From: Macrostomum lignano
Lineage: Eukaryota
DNA: 64,000 nucleotides
Direction: 5' to 3'
Assembly (NCBI GenBank): GCA_002269645.1
Contig: NIVC01001020.1
Location: 62,001 to 126,000 of the forward strand
In this document: piece by piece, positions 44,402-57,250 of the stretch
How positions within the stretch are numbered: the first letter of the stretch is position 1
Layout: every line of letters begins with the position of its first letter
The notes under the pieces: generated by a model
Seen by the model: only the letters and a program-made list of their open reading frames with translations
What the model was told of the DNA's origin: nothing
The model's database searches: none
Program-made: the position numbers and the translations under genes

Positions 44402-45350
44402 TCACACCTGTCCGATAATCAGCATTTCGAACTCCATCAGCGAGTAGTAGAATCCGTAGTGGTATTTCCAAATGATGCCGTGACCAAACGGACCACCGAT
44501 GGCGTCAGTGAAATTCTTGTACACCCCGTTCGGGTGCGTGCTGTAGCAGACTCGGAACCACCAGCCCCCGGCATAGCGCTCGGCGCAGCTGCTTGAATAG
44601 TCGCCGTGATCGGCGTCCTTCGTGCTGAACTGGCTGCCGGAAGAGTAGGACAGGCTGTCGCCGATGCCGTCGCTGCCGGAGTAGCGCCCACGGAGAAGCT
44701 GGAGTACTCGGCCCAGCTTTCCGATACATTCCAGACCTTCATCAAGATTCTCAGCTTCCGGTTGCCCGACGAAGTGAGCGAGTGAAGCGAATTCAGGCCT
44801 GTGAATTGAGGAGGCCATGGCATAAGAGAGATGTCCCGCGCAGCATCTTGGTCGTGTATCTACATAAAATCTTTCAAGCTCCCACTCACCGATCCAGTAG
44901 TTTCCGTCGGGTCCCTCGCCGAACTCGCTCTGGTACTGAGTCCAGTTGCGGTAAAAGTCCACTGAGCCGGACACCCTGTGCTGCACGGTGGTCCAGCAGT
45001 CACTGCTGACGGTCTGCAAGGTGACACAACAGGTGTGTCAGCTTTTCGTAACATCGGTCGTAAAGCTTGACAAGTCTAACGGAGTGACTCACCCACACTC
45101 GCTGAGCTCCTTTGTTCGCATTGCGGCACTTCCTGCAGTGGCTCAGGCCCAGGCGACACCTGAAGTGAGCGCACAGGCCGGAGCTGGCGTTGAACTCCAC
45201 CAGCTGCACAGCGGAGTCGGTGCTGCTAGCAGCGATAATGCAGTCGACCTCATTTTGAGCCGAGTGCGACCTCACGGCCTCGTAGTCGGAGAGGCTCTCG
45301 AGACTCGACCACCATTGTCTCGAGGGCGAGGCGGCGACAAGTTAAAAAAG
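44402..45350 (-). pseudogene. Fibrinogen-related-domain (FReD) gene with Cys-containing N-terminal region, frameshifted
   Basis: Exons about 45350-45093, 45013-44890, 44798-44402. Motifs: WTTVQHR.SGSVDFYRNW.QY..EFG, YWIGL..LH.LT, FSTKD.D, GGWWF..C...PNG. Frameshift with a missing segment near 44684-44692; no clear ATG. 5' end approximate. Confidence 0.72.
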
Positions 45351-46579
45351 CAGCTAGACTGCGACGAGCAGCATCAAGGAACCTCGTGGAACTCCGGCTG
45401 GCTGAATGACCCGCATAGCAGATGCCTCAGAAGTGGATGGGTATTGAAAACTCTTCGCTTCTACGAGTAGATTAACGTGCTCGAGACAAAACTTTCAAAA
45501 TAAGCTTACTTGGGAATGACTTGGCTCTTTTTATGCATTTTTAACCCATCATTTTGGTAAATAACTCCCATTGTGTAGTGCGAGTCAGCCTGAGCTGTTT
45601 TTCTCTCCAACTTCGCGTTCGCTTTTGTCAAACAAAATCTCTTTAAGTTGGAGCACTTAATTGAGATTCAAAGTGGGTTGCTGGCAGGAATTTTGTGAGA
45701 AGTTTAAGCACGTGAGCAAACCAGCAAAACAGGTAGCTTTGTAACCAGTTAGTGTTTGACAAAAGGATGCGGTTCTACACTCAACAGAGAAAGAGAGAAA
45801 GTGTCAACACTACTCCAGTTGGTGCTCGTTGTGAGCTGCTCAACTAGAGCACTAAATTCGCAGCTTCATGCTACATTCTACAACTCCAATAAAGTTGGTT
45901 GTCTCCGTCCGCTCATTGCAAAAGCAACCCAGAACCCTGGCACCCTAAAACCCAAGTGTTGGACCTACCTGTCATTGTTCTGGGAGTTATCATGATGAAA
46001 TATTTCTTATATTGCTGCTTTAATTCCTCTGTATTGTTGAGCTTGATCACCCGCGATGCCGTAAACTGCTGGGCTGGCCATGGCACATGTTATTGAAAAC
46101 AATTCCCAGGTGGAAATTTGAAGGTTGGTTCATATAAGTGCAGCCAACCTATAGGGTTGATTCAGTGCATTGAATAACACTGTGCTTTCTTCACTTGAGT
46201 CAAGCCAAGTGTGTTGAACACAGCAACTCTTTGATTCGGACGATTATTTGTACTTCTCAGAGCAAATCGTGATTCTGATGGTGCGCACTTTCATCAATGT
46301 GCAAACTTTTTATCTCAAAGAATCCAGCGAACCCAGAGCATGACTGCGGCTAGAGGAGAAGAAAGAGTAGAGAGAATAGAAGAGAGAGAGGAGAGATTAG
46401 AGATTGGAGAAAGGAAAGACGAGGAGGAATTGGCGAGGCGAGGCAAAAAGTGAGGGCACGAGAAGAGAGAATAGAATATATGAAATAGGAGAGGAGAGGA
46501 GAGAGGATCGAGAAAAGAGAGGAGCAGGGAGAGGAGAGAAAAGGGGAGAAAAGATTAGAGAGAAGGGAACAGTGAGTCC

Positions 46580-46760
46580 TGCACGCACGTCTTCATCTGC
46601 CGCGACGGTCACCAGCCATCCAGCGGCCGTACTTCGGGCCCTTCAAGGTCCTTGAGCGCGGAGCCAAGACCTTCCGCCTCGACCTGGGCACGCGGCAGGA
46701 TCAAGTGGCAGTGGACAGACTCAAGCCTGCGGCGCTCGCTCCCGGCGAGACGATTCCGGC
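46580..46760 (+). mobile_element. Relic of a Gypsy integrase C-terminus (GPY/F region)
   Basis: HVFICRDG.../YFGPFKVLERGAKTFRLDLG..QDQVAVDRLKPA across a frameshift. Confidence 0.7.
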
Positions 46761-47266
46761 TTCGCGCCCAATCTTGGTTCTGTAAGATCGCTTAAAAGCC
46801 CAAAGGCCTGCAGAGCAGTCCATAGACAAATTTGTCTTTTTTGCTGAATCGAGTGCACAGCCTAGAAGCCCAGAAGTAAAGTATACCACATAGTTTTTCA
46901 GCTAGCTCCTGTTCAAACCTTCCTACCCACAAATGGCTTCTACGCGACCGAAAAGGACAGCTAAAAGCACAGAATATAGACAGAATGCCCGATCGGCTGT
47001 CGCGGGATGTTTGGAAATTAATATGCAAACAAACTACTTTTGTGGTGAAGCGGAGCAGTAGTTATGAAAATTCGATATGCATATATATATATTTATAATA
47101 TATGTAGACTCTGCGTATGATTCTATAAACTTAGATACTGCTTCAGAATTTAAAATTAACAGGTTTGGCAGTGCCCAAATTGGAATAAAACCGTAGACGT
47201 TGTCACCAACCATTTATTTGAAACAAATAACATATTTGAAACATTTTAATTAATATTATTAACAAT

Positions 47267-48309
47267 TCACCAATTTACTCCAATTTGTATTCGCTGCTCC
47301 AGTCCAGTGCCGCTATAATCAAATTCAATGCAATGCTTATGCAGAGCATTTCGCATGTTCTTTAAGCAATGAGGAACATCGATGAAAGCTGGAATCAGTG
47401 ACTGAACTCCGTCTACTTCGATGCACACGGAAGGGCGATCAGGATTCGCCCCTAACTGTCGCAAGCAATGCCACTGAGTAGACTCCTGGTCACACACGAT
47501 GCCGGAAAGCGTGAGTCCCATTCTTTTAACTGCAGCAACAGACTCAGAGAGGATCTGTTTGAATCTCAGTGCCCCAGGTGCGTGGTGGATGAGATAGTGC
47601 CCAATCGGCTGCTTCCATCTTGAGCAAGTGCCTTTGAGCCATACAGCGACAAACTCATCAGCAGTAGTCGCAGTTCGACCCCCAGCGGACGTGCCACAGT
47701 CTTCGAAGCCGATGATCTGGTCCGCGTTCTTATCGTAGCGAAGCGAAAGCCTCACAGACAAGCTCTGTACGCGACAGACACTTTCGTCCTCTCAATTTCG
47801 CCGAATCTGCAGCTGAGATGACTGGTTCTCCATCAAAACACTGCACATCGTCCTCAGTGCGACCTTCTCTCGGCCTCCTCTCCTTCGCAAGTGGAGAAAC
47901 TCTTACTCTCGGACGCGAGCGTCGGTAAGGTTCTGCTGTTTCTTTGTACAGCTGGAGCGTCGGGTATGCCGTGGGCATCAGTCTGACCCCAGGCTCATGT
48001 CTCTGGTCAGGACACACGTGGGGAACATGCTGTCGGGAAAATGGTGGCTGCACACGACAGCGTTCTTCCAGCTCGCTTCGTTTTTCTTGCCCAAGAGGTC
48101 TGATCGGAAAATGCGCCGAGCCCAATCTTCACACCTACAGTACTTAGGTTTCAGTGAATGACTGTGTGGCAATGGCAGGCAAGTCACGCATGTACATGAA
48201 CATACCTTTCACGGTTTGCTGTGAAACGATAAAATCTCGTTTGTGCAGGACATTTGTTTGCGTAATTCTGGCAGCCATAAGCAGCGCATTGCCTTCTTGA
48301 TGCTGTCAT
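47267..48309 (-). mobile_element. Degraded THAP-domain P-element-type transposase
   Basis: THAP: CAAYGC..YRF / W...CSHHF..PTAYPTL with a GT-AG intron (48205-48135); transposase: YD..IIGFED, WKQPIG, IVCDQ, FIDVPHCLKNMRN. Frameshifts and an internal deletion. Confidence 0.8.
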
Positions 48310-48569
48310 AATGTTAAAGTTGTCTCTGTTAATGCCTACGTTGCTGCCAATCACTGCCTTATTAATGTCAGTAGCAGCAGCCGCTGCCACAGAATATACT
48401 GTATATTCTATGGCATCGGCTGCTGCTACTCGCAGTCTCAGTCGTCTATGGCAGAACCTTTCCGAGCCGCATACGAGTAAGTATAAGTGGCTACTATCTT
48501 TCTTCACCACAAAAGTAGCTAAATATGCAAATACTTTTTGCGGCAGATTTTTCTGCGAGAGGGCTGATC

Positions 48570-49060
48570 GGCCATTCTGTCTATATTCTGTGGCTAAAAG
48601 TGACGCCTTGCGCAGACTGGGACTCGATTCCGATTCGGAAGACGCTTTATCAAGCGATAACTCGACGGTTTTTTAGTCAGAAACGGAGTCGGAAAGCATG
48701 GATCCAGAAACTGATCAGAGCCAAGATGAGGCGACTGCAAAATGGGTTGAAGTAGCCCCTAGAAATGATAACTCGTTTGACCACGACGGGGTGCCGGAGT
48801 TCCGAGGGTTTTCGACCATCAATCTAAGCATCGATCTACCAGAAAATCTAGACGAAAGTATGAAAGAATGCGATGAGCTCTCCATGAGCAAACGAGTCGT
48901 TGTTGAGCTTAGCCGCGAACTGCTGGGTGAAGCATACCACATATACACGGACAGTTGATTTACGTCACACAGATTGGCCATCTACTTGTTTGACAAAAAG
49001 ACGTCGACCGTGCTCACTGGAACTGTTCGAAAGGACGTCCGAGAGAAGTGCAAGAAAAAT
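48570..49060 (+). mobile_element. Degraded piggyBac-like transposase
   Basis: Acidic N-terminus, PEFRG, VVVELSRELLGEAYHIYTDS*FTS..LA.YL....TVLTGTVRK resembles the PGBD YTDNFYTS...LTGTVRKN region; in-frame stops. Confidence 0.65.
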
Positions 49061-52000
49061 TTGTGGTTGCTCCGGGTCAGGGGCTTCATGAAGTGCAAGC
49101 AGACACTCGCTATCAAACTAGCAGACAGAAAGGCCTCGGGAATACCTTATGGACCTTTTCACCTTTAACATTTGAGTGAAGGCATAATGGAAATGCATAA
49201 TGGACTTCTTTAAATCAGTCATGACCTGCACGTACAGCAGGCCATACTGGGCACTTGCTTTAGTGATTGGGAGATGGTTTTTGATGCCATAGACATTTTT
49301 CAATCTCTGGGTTTTTGGCCCATTTCGGTATGGCCTGCGGTGCAGGCCTTTGGCTTCCAAATGATTAGCTAATTAAAATCTAAACTAAAGGCAAAGGCTA
49401 ATTATGAAATGATTCTCTAGTTTTGCTTTATATATTGTTTAATTGTAATCTTCGCAAAATAATTGGTTGATATGTTATATTTAGTAATAATTAATTTTTT
49501 TTCTTTCACTTCTTTCACAAATAGGCACTTCATTAATTGTCTGCTTGTCTTTGTATATGTACATAGTGCTACAATTTTTACTCTGTCTTGTAAACATCTT
49601 ATTCATTGTATTTTTGCTAATTTTAGCTAATTTTGTTAATGTGTATGCATCATTTAACTGATCTTTTGTCAGCATTGACACTATCAAGCAACTCATTTGC
49701 TGGTTAATTTACTTCTTCAGTTTAGAGTTTTAAAGAGATTTCTACTAATATGTTTATATTAAAGGCTTTATAACAAACCATGTGTTACAGGTTAGCTTTT
49801 CTATACCGAACTATAAAGTAACTGTATGCTATCCCTTTAATTCCAGCAAATGGCATCGTAAAGTCAAGCTAAGCGACATAGCGAAGTGCTTTGCTGAGGG
49901 CTACGCTCGAGGATGTCCAAGCCACATCTGAGACCAGTGCTATGGGTGATACCAACGCCGAAGCCACGGACACTGGTCACTGTCACCGACATGGCACCCA
50001 CGATCGCAGAGGTAGTGGATACCATATGACTGCTTACCAGCCATGGGCGTTGAAGTGACTGATTCGGACGACGAAACTTCGGACAGCAGCAGCTACTACT
50101 CCTGCGATGATGTAGACGATGTGGAAGCTGCTGACGAGACTGTGGAAATGTGCCATGACTTTTCGGGAGGTACATCCCTTGAACCCCCCTCCCTACGCCC
50201 CTAGTGACTGTTGCATCTCTGTTGGACTTGTTTTTCCTGTTTCTTTCATCTAGTAGTCTTTTGGCATTGTTCTGCGAATCATCAAATTGTTTATGTAGCT
50301 TGCCTAATATCGGAAATTACATAGCTAAAAGTTGATAATAAATAAACCACGCGTCGTACCTTATGCGATGGTTTTCAATGCACTGGATTCAAATAATTCA
50401 ACCAATTGTGAAAAAGCAGAGGCACCTGATTGATAAATTTTTGAGGAGAAATTGTTGTTTTTCCTTTTTTAATTATCGAGTTTCCTTTCTTCTCAGTAGT
50501 AAAAGAAAAAGTATAAGGAGCGATTCAGTTGTGATACGTAATTGGTTTTTAAATTCACTTGGTTAAAACTGATTGTAGTATAATATAAAACCCAAGGAGC
50601 TGCAGCTAGGGAAAGCAGCAATTGCTATACTTCTTATAGTGCACTTAAAAGTAGGCGGCTAGAGAAAGCAGCTAGGCTTCGGCCGGTCTGCGATTTTCTG
50701 CTAGACGTAGCAGTCGGCCCGACAGCATTCCTCGGCGCATGCCGCCCGCGGCCCAGCTGCTACGCCGACCGCTACACGTAGTATGCTCCCGCCTGCAATT
50801 TTCCCAGCGGGTAAATATACAGCACCGTAACACGCAATTATTCAAAACTCTCCCTCTCTCCCTCTCTCTCTTCTTTTCCACACGGAAAACAATCAAAGCA
50901 AAACTACGAGCTAAAGTAAACGAACCACCGCGTTTTACGCCTCGATTAATTTCGCAATCCTACAGAAACTTGTAAGGCAAATGATAGACCAAACACAAAT
51001 CTTTGCAAATTATATGCCTCGCATTTGCTCTAGAATGGCCATAAGTTGCCTTAATACTTTTAAATACACTAGATTCGTTTAAAAGTATTAGCTCATCAAG
51101 GCAATTTGTTGGCACTGGCACACTTATCAAGTCTTTACTAGCAAAAGAGGCACCTATGGACACTTGAATTTTGCAGGATGTGCACCCTCAACTAGCTAGT
51201 CTCACAAGCATTCCGTTATCATCCTGACGTCATCGGCACCTTTAACGTCGGGTTCTGGATCGGATAAAGATTGTGAGAAACAACCACGGAATATATAAAC
51301 AGTAATAAAGAAGCAGAGACACCCACATTTTTTAGTTTATAAGTTCAAAAAATGTAAAAATAGTTCGAATTTGGATTTAAGTTTAATTGTATTTAGCAAA
51401 ATTTAAATCGCTTAAGTCCCAGTCGTCACTGGTGAATTTCAAGTACGATACAAATAAGTTCGTGACCTGTTGCAAATAAACTTTAGTTCAAAGAAAAGCA
51501 TTAAAAATTTTGATCCCAAAGTTTTTTTGACACCATGTAACTTTATTATAATCAAAAGTGCGATTGCTGGTAGTAACTATGGAGATATTGTAATATTTTA
51601 ATAGAACTGGAAGCATCTAGTAAGGCCACAATACGAGTTTAACACCTTACCAAAAAAACCGATAAGGAACGAAACCGATCAGTACACTGAAGAAAAACAA
51701 AATTGAATTGTAAAGTGTATTCACACGTTTAAAATTAATTTTTAGAGCCGTGCATTAATGATAAACATTATATTCTGGCTTCCACAGCTGTTACAATTTT
51801 GCAATCAATAACTGCATGTCTCACAGAGGCAATTGAAGCGTGAAAAATTTATCGATGGACTTGATCTGAAGTTGGGCATCCTGAATTTACATTACGTTGA
51901 AAAATTGTGAGGAGTGACACAGCCAAGTTGTACGGTATCGTCAGTACCCATGAGGGCATACACCAGGACACGCTTTGATCCTTTGTGCTCGATTGTTTGC

Positions 52001-52564
52001 ATTGAATCTTGAATCTCGTATTTTTCAAAGACCACCCAGCAACAATTTTTTTGGAAAGCTAAAGCTCCTCTATCCGAGACATGAAAAATTTGCCTCATTT
52101 GAAATTACAGTGATTTGTATTTACGAGCTAGTTTTGTTTTAATTGAATTTGTTTTGGTTTAGTTTTAATTTGCTTTTTGCCTTTGTCCCATCAAAATGAA
52201 AATATATATGGTTCAACTTGGCACGAGATGACGGAAAAATAGGTCGTCTAGATAGTTATACGAGCGTAGGCTAACATAAAGTTACACCTTTAAGTCATAC
52301 TGATTTTTCAGGGAGCACGAAAATTAACTGCTGCAATTGGACGATAATATTAAGCTTTGGTTTCGGATTTCTGGTTGGAGTTGAGGTTAGTTTTAGAGTC
52401 GGCTATCTGTTTGTGGCACTCAATTCTTTTTAAACTCTATTTTTAACCACATGGTTGAAAAACTTATTCAAACAAGTAATGATGTATAAATTAACGCCAC
52501 GACTTTACATTTTTGTCATTTCCAAAATTGCTAATCACTTTAAACAAAGGCATATTCGCGGTGC

Positions 52565-55500
52565 TCAATTAACACACTGCTTCTTGTGGACCTTCCAGTG
52601 CTTCAGCTGGCAGTCTCTATCGCAGTAGAAGGCCTTCTTGCACCTGCTGCAGCGCTGCGAAGCGTCCCGCTTTCCACACGAGCTACATCGGTCTCCGTGG
52701 CTCGACTCACTTGGCAACTGGGAGTTCAGCGGGCTGGAATTCTCCAGATCATACAGCAGAAACATCTTCTGCAGCATTTCCTTCGGTGGGCAATCGTTAA
52801 CGGGTTCAAAGCACGGCAGCCGCACCTCGGGACTCTCAGCCTGGAGTCCTCTCCGGAAATACTCCCTGGCCATTGTCATGTCTTCAAAGCCCAAATACTC
52901 GAACGCTATGCAATAGCAAGCCTCAGGAATGTGACGATCGTCCTTTTCGTTGGCAGAGATGTACTCTTCATACGCTTCAATGACTCTTCTGCGATCGCTC
53001 AGCCGCTGATGATGCCTGATGGCCGACGCTTTGCCGTAAAGCCAATGGGGCTCCCAGTCTAGCTCTAAAGCTCGCTCAAAGGCCCTTAAAGCGCTGATTC
53101 CATCTCCGTTGAATCCGTACATGTTGCCTAGATAGTTGTAATAGTCAGCCACATTAGGGTTCAGATTGGTACAAGCCAGCGCCATTCGAAGGAGTTCAGC
53201 AACATTTGAAAGTTTTTTAACACTGCAATAATTAATTATTACAAAATAAGCTTCAGAATCCTGAGGATTCTTTTCAAAGGCTGCAGTGGCCGCATCGAAG
53301 AGTTTCTTCCAGGTAGAATTATAAATAATAAGAGGCTGCCAGGTTTTATCAGCCAGTCGGTAGAGTCGAAAAGCTTCTGGGCCGTTGTTGCTATCTAAAG
53401 CAGAGCGCATTTGGTCCAAAAGTTCGAAGCCGATGAAGTACTTTTGCGCGGTTTTTGACCCTTGCGCAGCCTTTTTTGCCATCAACTGCTCCGAAGTTTG
53501 CATAGTTGACATGTGATTGGATCCCGCAGGGTGCAGCGACACACCCATCGTCTGCTTACAATACTGGAAAAGGTCACGAAACACTTCCTTCGACTTGTGG
53601 CTTGATGCAAAGGATTCGACATACCTTGCAAATCTTTCATCTTGACTAAGACCATTTTTAGATAGGCCACGAGCAGCTTCAAATAACAAAATCTGAGAAG
53701 AAGCTTTCAACAGTTCTTCCACTTCTTTTTGGCTGTCTTTCTTGGACCTGAGCAGCCATCTACGAGCTTCAGTGGGGTTATTTTCACAACCTTGTCCAAG
53801 ACTCAGCATGCACCCAAAAACCCACTGTGCCTCAGCATCACCGCTCTCGGCAGCCTTTCGAAGAAAGAAAGCCGCATCTTCTTCTTTTCCTAGCTGCAGA
53901 AGCAGCTTGCCCAGAGCAGGAAAGGCCCTTTCATGGTTCAGGTCCGAAGCTTTCCTCAAATACATTTCGGCCAGTTCAAAGTCCTGTTCGAATCCTCCTT
54001 CTCCGTGCAAGTAGTTCCTTCCGAGGAGAAACAGCGCCTCTTTGTCGTTAGCCGCTGCCTTCTCTTCCACGATTTTTCTTGCTGAGTTCATGCGCTTCGC
54101 CTTCATGGCTCCGCGCCGCATTTGCTGCTGTAGCGCCTCCAGAGCGCCTGGTAGGCCTTGGTCCGCAGCTGATTTGAGCAGTTCAACCGCCTTCTCAGAG
54201 TCGGCTGGTCCTCCCTCGCCTTCGATGAGCATCCCAGCTAATTTCAGCTGCGCCTCCGACTGTCCGAGGTCCGCGGCTTTCTGGAGCCACCATCGGGCGG
54301 AGGTCGGACTCCGCTCGCAGCCAGCTCCGTTGTAGAAGGCCAGCCCGAGGTTGCTCATGGCTGATGCGTAGCCGTGACGAGCGGACTTAAGAAACCATTT
54401 GAATGCGAGCTTGTCATCCTTCTCCACGGCCATGCCGTCTCTGTAGGCCACGCCGAGGGCGTTCTCCGCCTCCGCCACACCAATGTTGAGAAACACGTCG
54501 TCCATGGCCGATAAGTACGGCTTCTGCTCGGCGGCTTGGAGACACAGCTGAAAATGCTTTGCTGGATCCCGAGCCAGTCCTGCATTGCCGTCTTTGTACA
54601 TGATGGCCATGTTGTACAGACCCTGCGCACTGCCTTGCTTTGCAACGGACTCAAAGATCTCAAATGCCTTCTGCTCTTCGGTGATGTCGCCTCTGCCGGA
54701 CTGCAGAATCTTGTGGGCCTTATCCAGCTCGCTGATGCTCTGCAAAATGGTGCTGTCTATGGGGCTCACTTCGTCAGGTGAAATTCCCGATATACTCTCT
54801 ACTTGGCAATCTCGCAGCTTCTTGTAGAGATCGCTGCTTTGGGTTTGGCTGCTTCCTTCTGCACCTACATCCTGCTGGCTGTCCAAAACAAGAGCTGTGC
54901 AAAGTTGCTCTCGTAGAAGAAGGGTCTCGTCTGTAGAGTCGATTCTGAGGCCAGTCTGACACGCATCCAAGGCTGGTTCATGTAGCCGCAGCTTATAGAG
55001 AGCTTCAGAAAGAATTCTGTGGAACTTAATCTGGCTGGGGTCAAGTCCAATTGCATCTTCAGCATCTTCTCGAGCAAGATCGAACTTGCGCAAATTGATT
55101 TCGCACAGAGCTCGGTTTGAGTACAGAACAGCAACATTTGTATTACATTGAATTGCCTTTGTGTAGCAATTCATTGCCTCCAACCATCTTCCTTTCTTAT
55201 AATGCTCATTGCCCTCTGACTTGAGCTTCTCCCAGTCTCCGATTGAGACTCCAGCAAAGTTGGAAATTTCTTGCTGGCACTCGCTCAATCCCATCAAGGA
55301 CGCGAGCTTTAATAAGCACTCAAGATCGTGCTCAGATCGGTGCACATCAAAGTCTTGGCGAGAATGTCGGTCACGGATTGCCTTCGCACGCTCCAGAAGA
55401 TGCTGCAGCAGCTGCCGATTTTGAGGTTCCAAGCCTGAAAAAGCCTCATCGACCTTGCTGGACATCATCTTCAGCAAATCGTTGAAATCCAGTTGGTTCT

Positions 55501-55609
55501 TTAAGCCAAAATGTCTCTGGAGCACCGAATACATACCATCGCCTAGAAGGCTGACTGCAAACTGGATTTTTGCAGCTGCTTTGGCATTTGCCACATTTGC
55601 TGATTCCAT
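52565..55609 (-). CDS. Intronless 1014-aa protein: HEPN-like N-terminus, TPR, Sel1-like repeats, TPR, zf-MYND
   Basis: TPR (LKSEGNEHYKKG..AMNCYTKAI..LYSNRALC), Sel1 repeats (EAENALGVAYRDG..EKD...AFKWFLKSA), MYND (CSSCGK...CSRCKKAFYCDRDCQLKHWKVHKKQC). The HEPN call is weaker. Confidence 0.9.
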   Translation of the reverse strand: MESANVANAKAAAKIQFAVSLLGDGMYSVLQRHFGLKNQLDFNDLLKMMSSKVDEAFSGLEPQNRQLLQHLLERAKAIRDRHSRQDFDVHRSEHDLECLLKLASLMGLSECQQEISNFAGVSIGDWEKLKSEGNEHYKKGRWLEAMNCYTKAIQCNTNVAVLYSNRALCEINLRKFDLAREDAEDAIGLDPSQIKFHRILSEALYKLRLHEPALDACQTGLRIDSTDETLLLREQLCTALVLDSQQDVGAEGSSQTQSSDLYKKLRDCQVESISGISPDEVSPIDSTILQSISELDKAHKILQSGRGDITEEQKAFEIFESVAKQGSAQGLYNMAIMYKDGNAGLARDPAKHFQLCLQAAEQKPYLSAMDDVFLNIGVAEAENALGVAYRDGMAVEKDDKLAFKWFLKSARHGYASAMSNLGLAFYNGAGCERSPTSARWWLQKAADLGQSEAQLKLAGMLIEGEGGPADSEKAVELLKSAADQGLPGALEALQQQMRRGAMKAKRMNSARKIVEEKAAANDKEALFLLGRNYLHGEGGFEQDFELAEMYLRKASDLNHERAFPALGKLLLQLGKEEDAAFFLRKAAESGDAEAQWVFGCMLSLGQGCENNPTEARRWLLRSKKDSQKEVEELLKASSQILLFEAARGLSKNGLSQDERFARYVESFASSHKSKEVFRDLFQYCKQTMGVSLHPAGSNHMSTMQTSEQLMAKKAAQGSKTAQKYFIGFELLDQMRSALDSNNGPEAFRLYRLADKTWQPLIIYNSTWKKLFDAATAAFEKNPQDSEAYFVIINYCSVKKLSNVAELLRMALACTNLNPNVADYYNYLGNMYGFNGDGISALRAFERALELDWEPHWLYGKASAIRHHQRLSDRRRVIEAYEEYISANEKDDRHIPEACYCIAFEYLGFEDMTMAREYFRRGLQAESPEVRLPCFEPVNDCPPKEMLQKMFLLYDLENSSPLNSQLPSESSHGDRCSSCGKRDASQRCSRCKKAFYCDRDCQLKHWKVHKKQCVN

Positions 55610-57250
55610 TTGAGGCGCCTATGCATGAATGTGAAATTTGATGGGGACATAAGATTTCAATGTATTGATTGATGTTATTTGTGCAACACAAACTTAATTA
55701 TAAAATACTTGGATAAGACTTTTTACATAATTTTTTTGTTTGATAAACTGGCCTTATAAGATGCCTTTTGTTAGCATATATATACAATATACAATATGCA
55801 TAAAAAAGCATTCTTAAAGGAACTTGAACAATCCATTATATATTAAAAATATAAGTAAAACAGTTTTGTAGCCTACAACTAAATTAAAAAAAAATTTTCT
55901 CAACCTTCTTTTAGATAAAAAAAGTGAACTTTTCAAAACTTTTACTACAATATTTGATGCCTTGCATTGCATTGCTAGTATCAAAGCTTAAATGCAAATG
56001 TTGTCATTAATTTTTTGGCAGATTAATATCCTTTTTCTATTTTAGATACTTTTTATTTATTTTCTTTGTTTTCTATAGACTTGACTTTTCTGATAATGAT
56101 CATTTGGTAATATACTGTTTTGGGAATATAATAAGGCAATTAACTAATTAGTATAGTCACTAAGATAGACTTTGGAATTTAATTGAAGAATGAATAATGC
56201 TTAAAATGATAGATAAGTACATAATGTATGTTATGTATGTATGCTGTTTCAATTTCAACAGCTAGGCCTAAGAGTAAACATAAAGCTGTTTGATTTGAAG
56301 CAATACAGTTTCGGATCGCAAATGCGACGTATATCCCATAGGAGCTGTTAAGGTTGTAACGTATTTGTAATTCATTCGTAAATTCAGTTTCGTAAGACAA
56401 ACGAAAACGAAAAATTGCAATGGAAAAATCGAAGTGTAGCATATATGAAGCATTGACCAAAATATTTATTTAAAAACTACAAGTATTTCCTAAATGCATA
56501 GAAAAAAATTACTGCAATAGATATTAAAGAATCGTTTCTCTTGGTCCTGTCAAATTTAATCTTAAAATCTTTGTTAAAGTTTACAAGCAGTAAAGCGGTC
56601 AAAACTTTAAAGAAGGTCTAACTGTAATTATAGCTCCTTTTCAGCTGGCATGTTTGAATTACTTACGTTTCACTAACAAATTACAATCGCGTCATTTTTT
56701 AAAAATTCGATATCGCAAAAAATGTTTGGCAAATAAACTTTTAATTTTATTATGTCAGTGTTTTTTTCACAAAATACTAAATAGTAAATTACTGTTTCTA
56801 GTTCTCCACAAAAAATTACCTTTCCACCCATTCACTACACCTAGGCTGGCCGGATAAAACATTTAAAGTAAAATGAAATATGCATTCATTGTCATTATAC
56901 GTGTGTCAGAAAGTTAGGGGGCATTTAGGTGACTAGACTTCTCCAACAAGCTCTCAGTTGAGCGCAGACCTAAGGGCGGTGCTCCCGCCACAGATCTAAA
57001 AATAAGCAGTCGCGCTTTCGCTGTGCTCTGCGCTGAAATCGTCGCAACTGTCCCTGTGCCATGAGCTGAGCATCAACAGCGATGAGTCGCCCTTAGTTCC
57101 TCCTGCAATTAATAGTCAGAACTACGTAATGCGTCTTTGACTTACTTACTTGACTTAGCTGCAGGGCGGTCCGAAGACGCAGCGGGGAGGCGAGCGTCGC
57201 CCATTCCGCTAATCCCTGAAAGACCCGCATAGGCTAGGGCGCGGGGCCGG

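Noticed and set aside
49864-50210. GC-richer patch with an acidic reading frame
   Set aside because: No continuous ORF or recognisable motif; possibly a TE fragment but not supportable.
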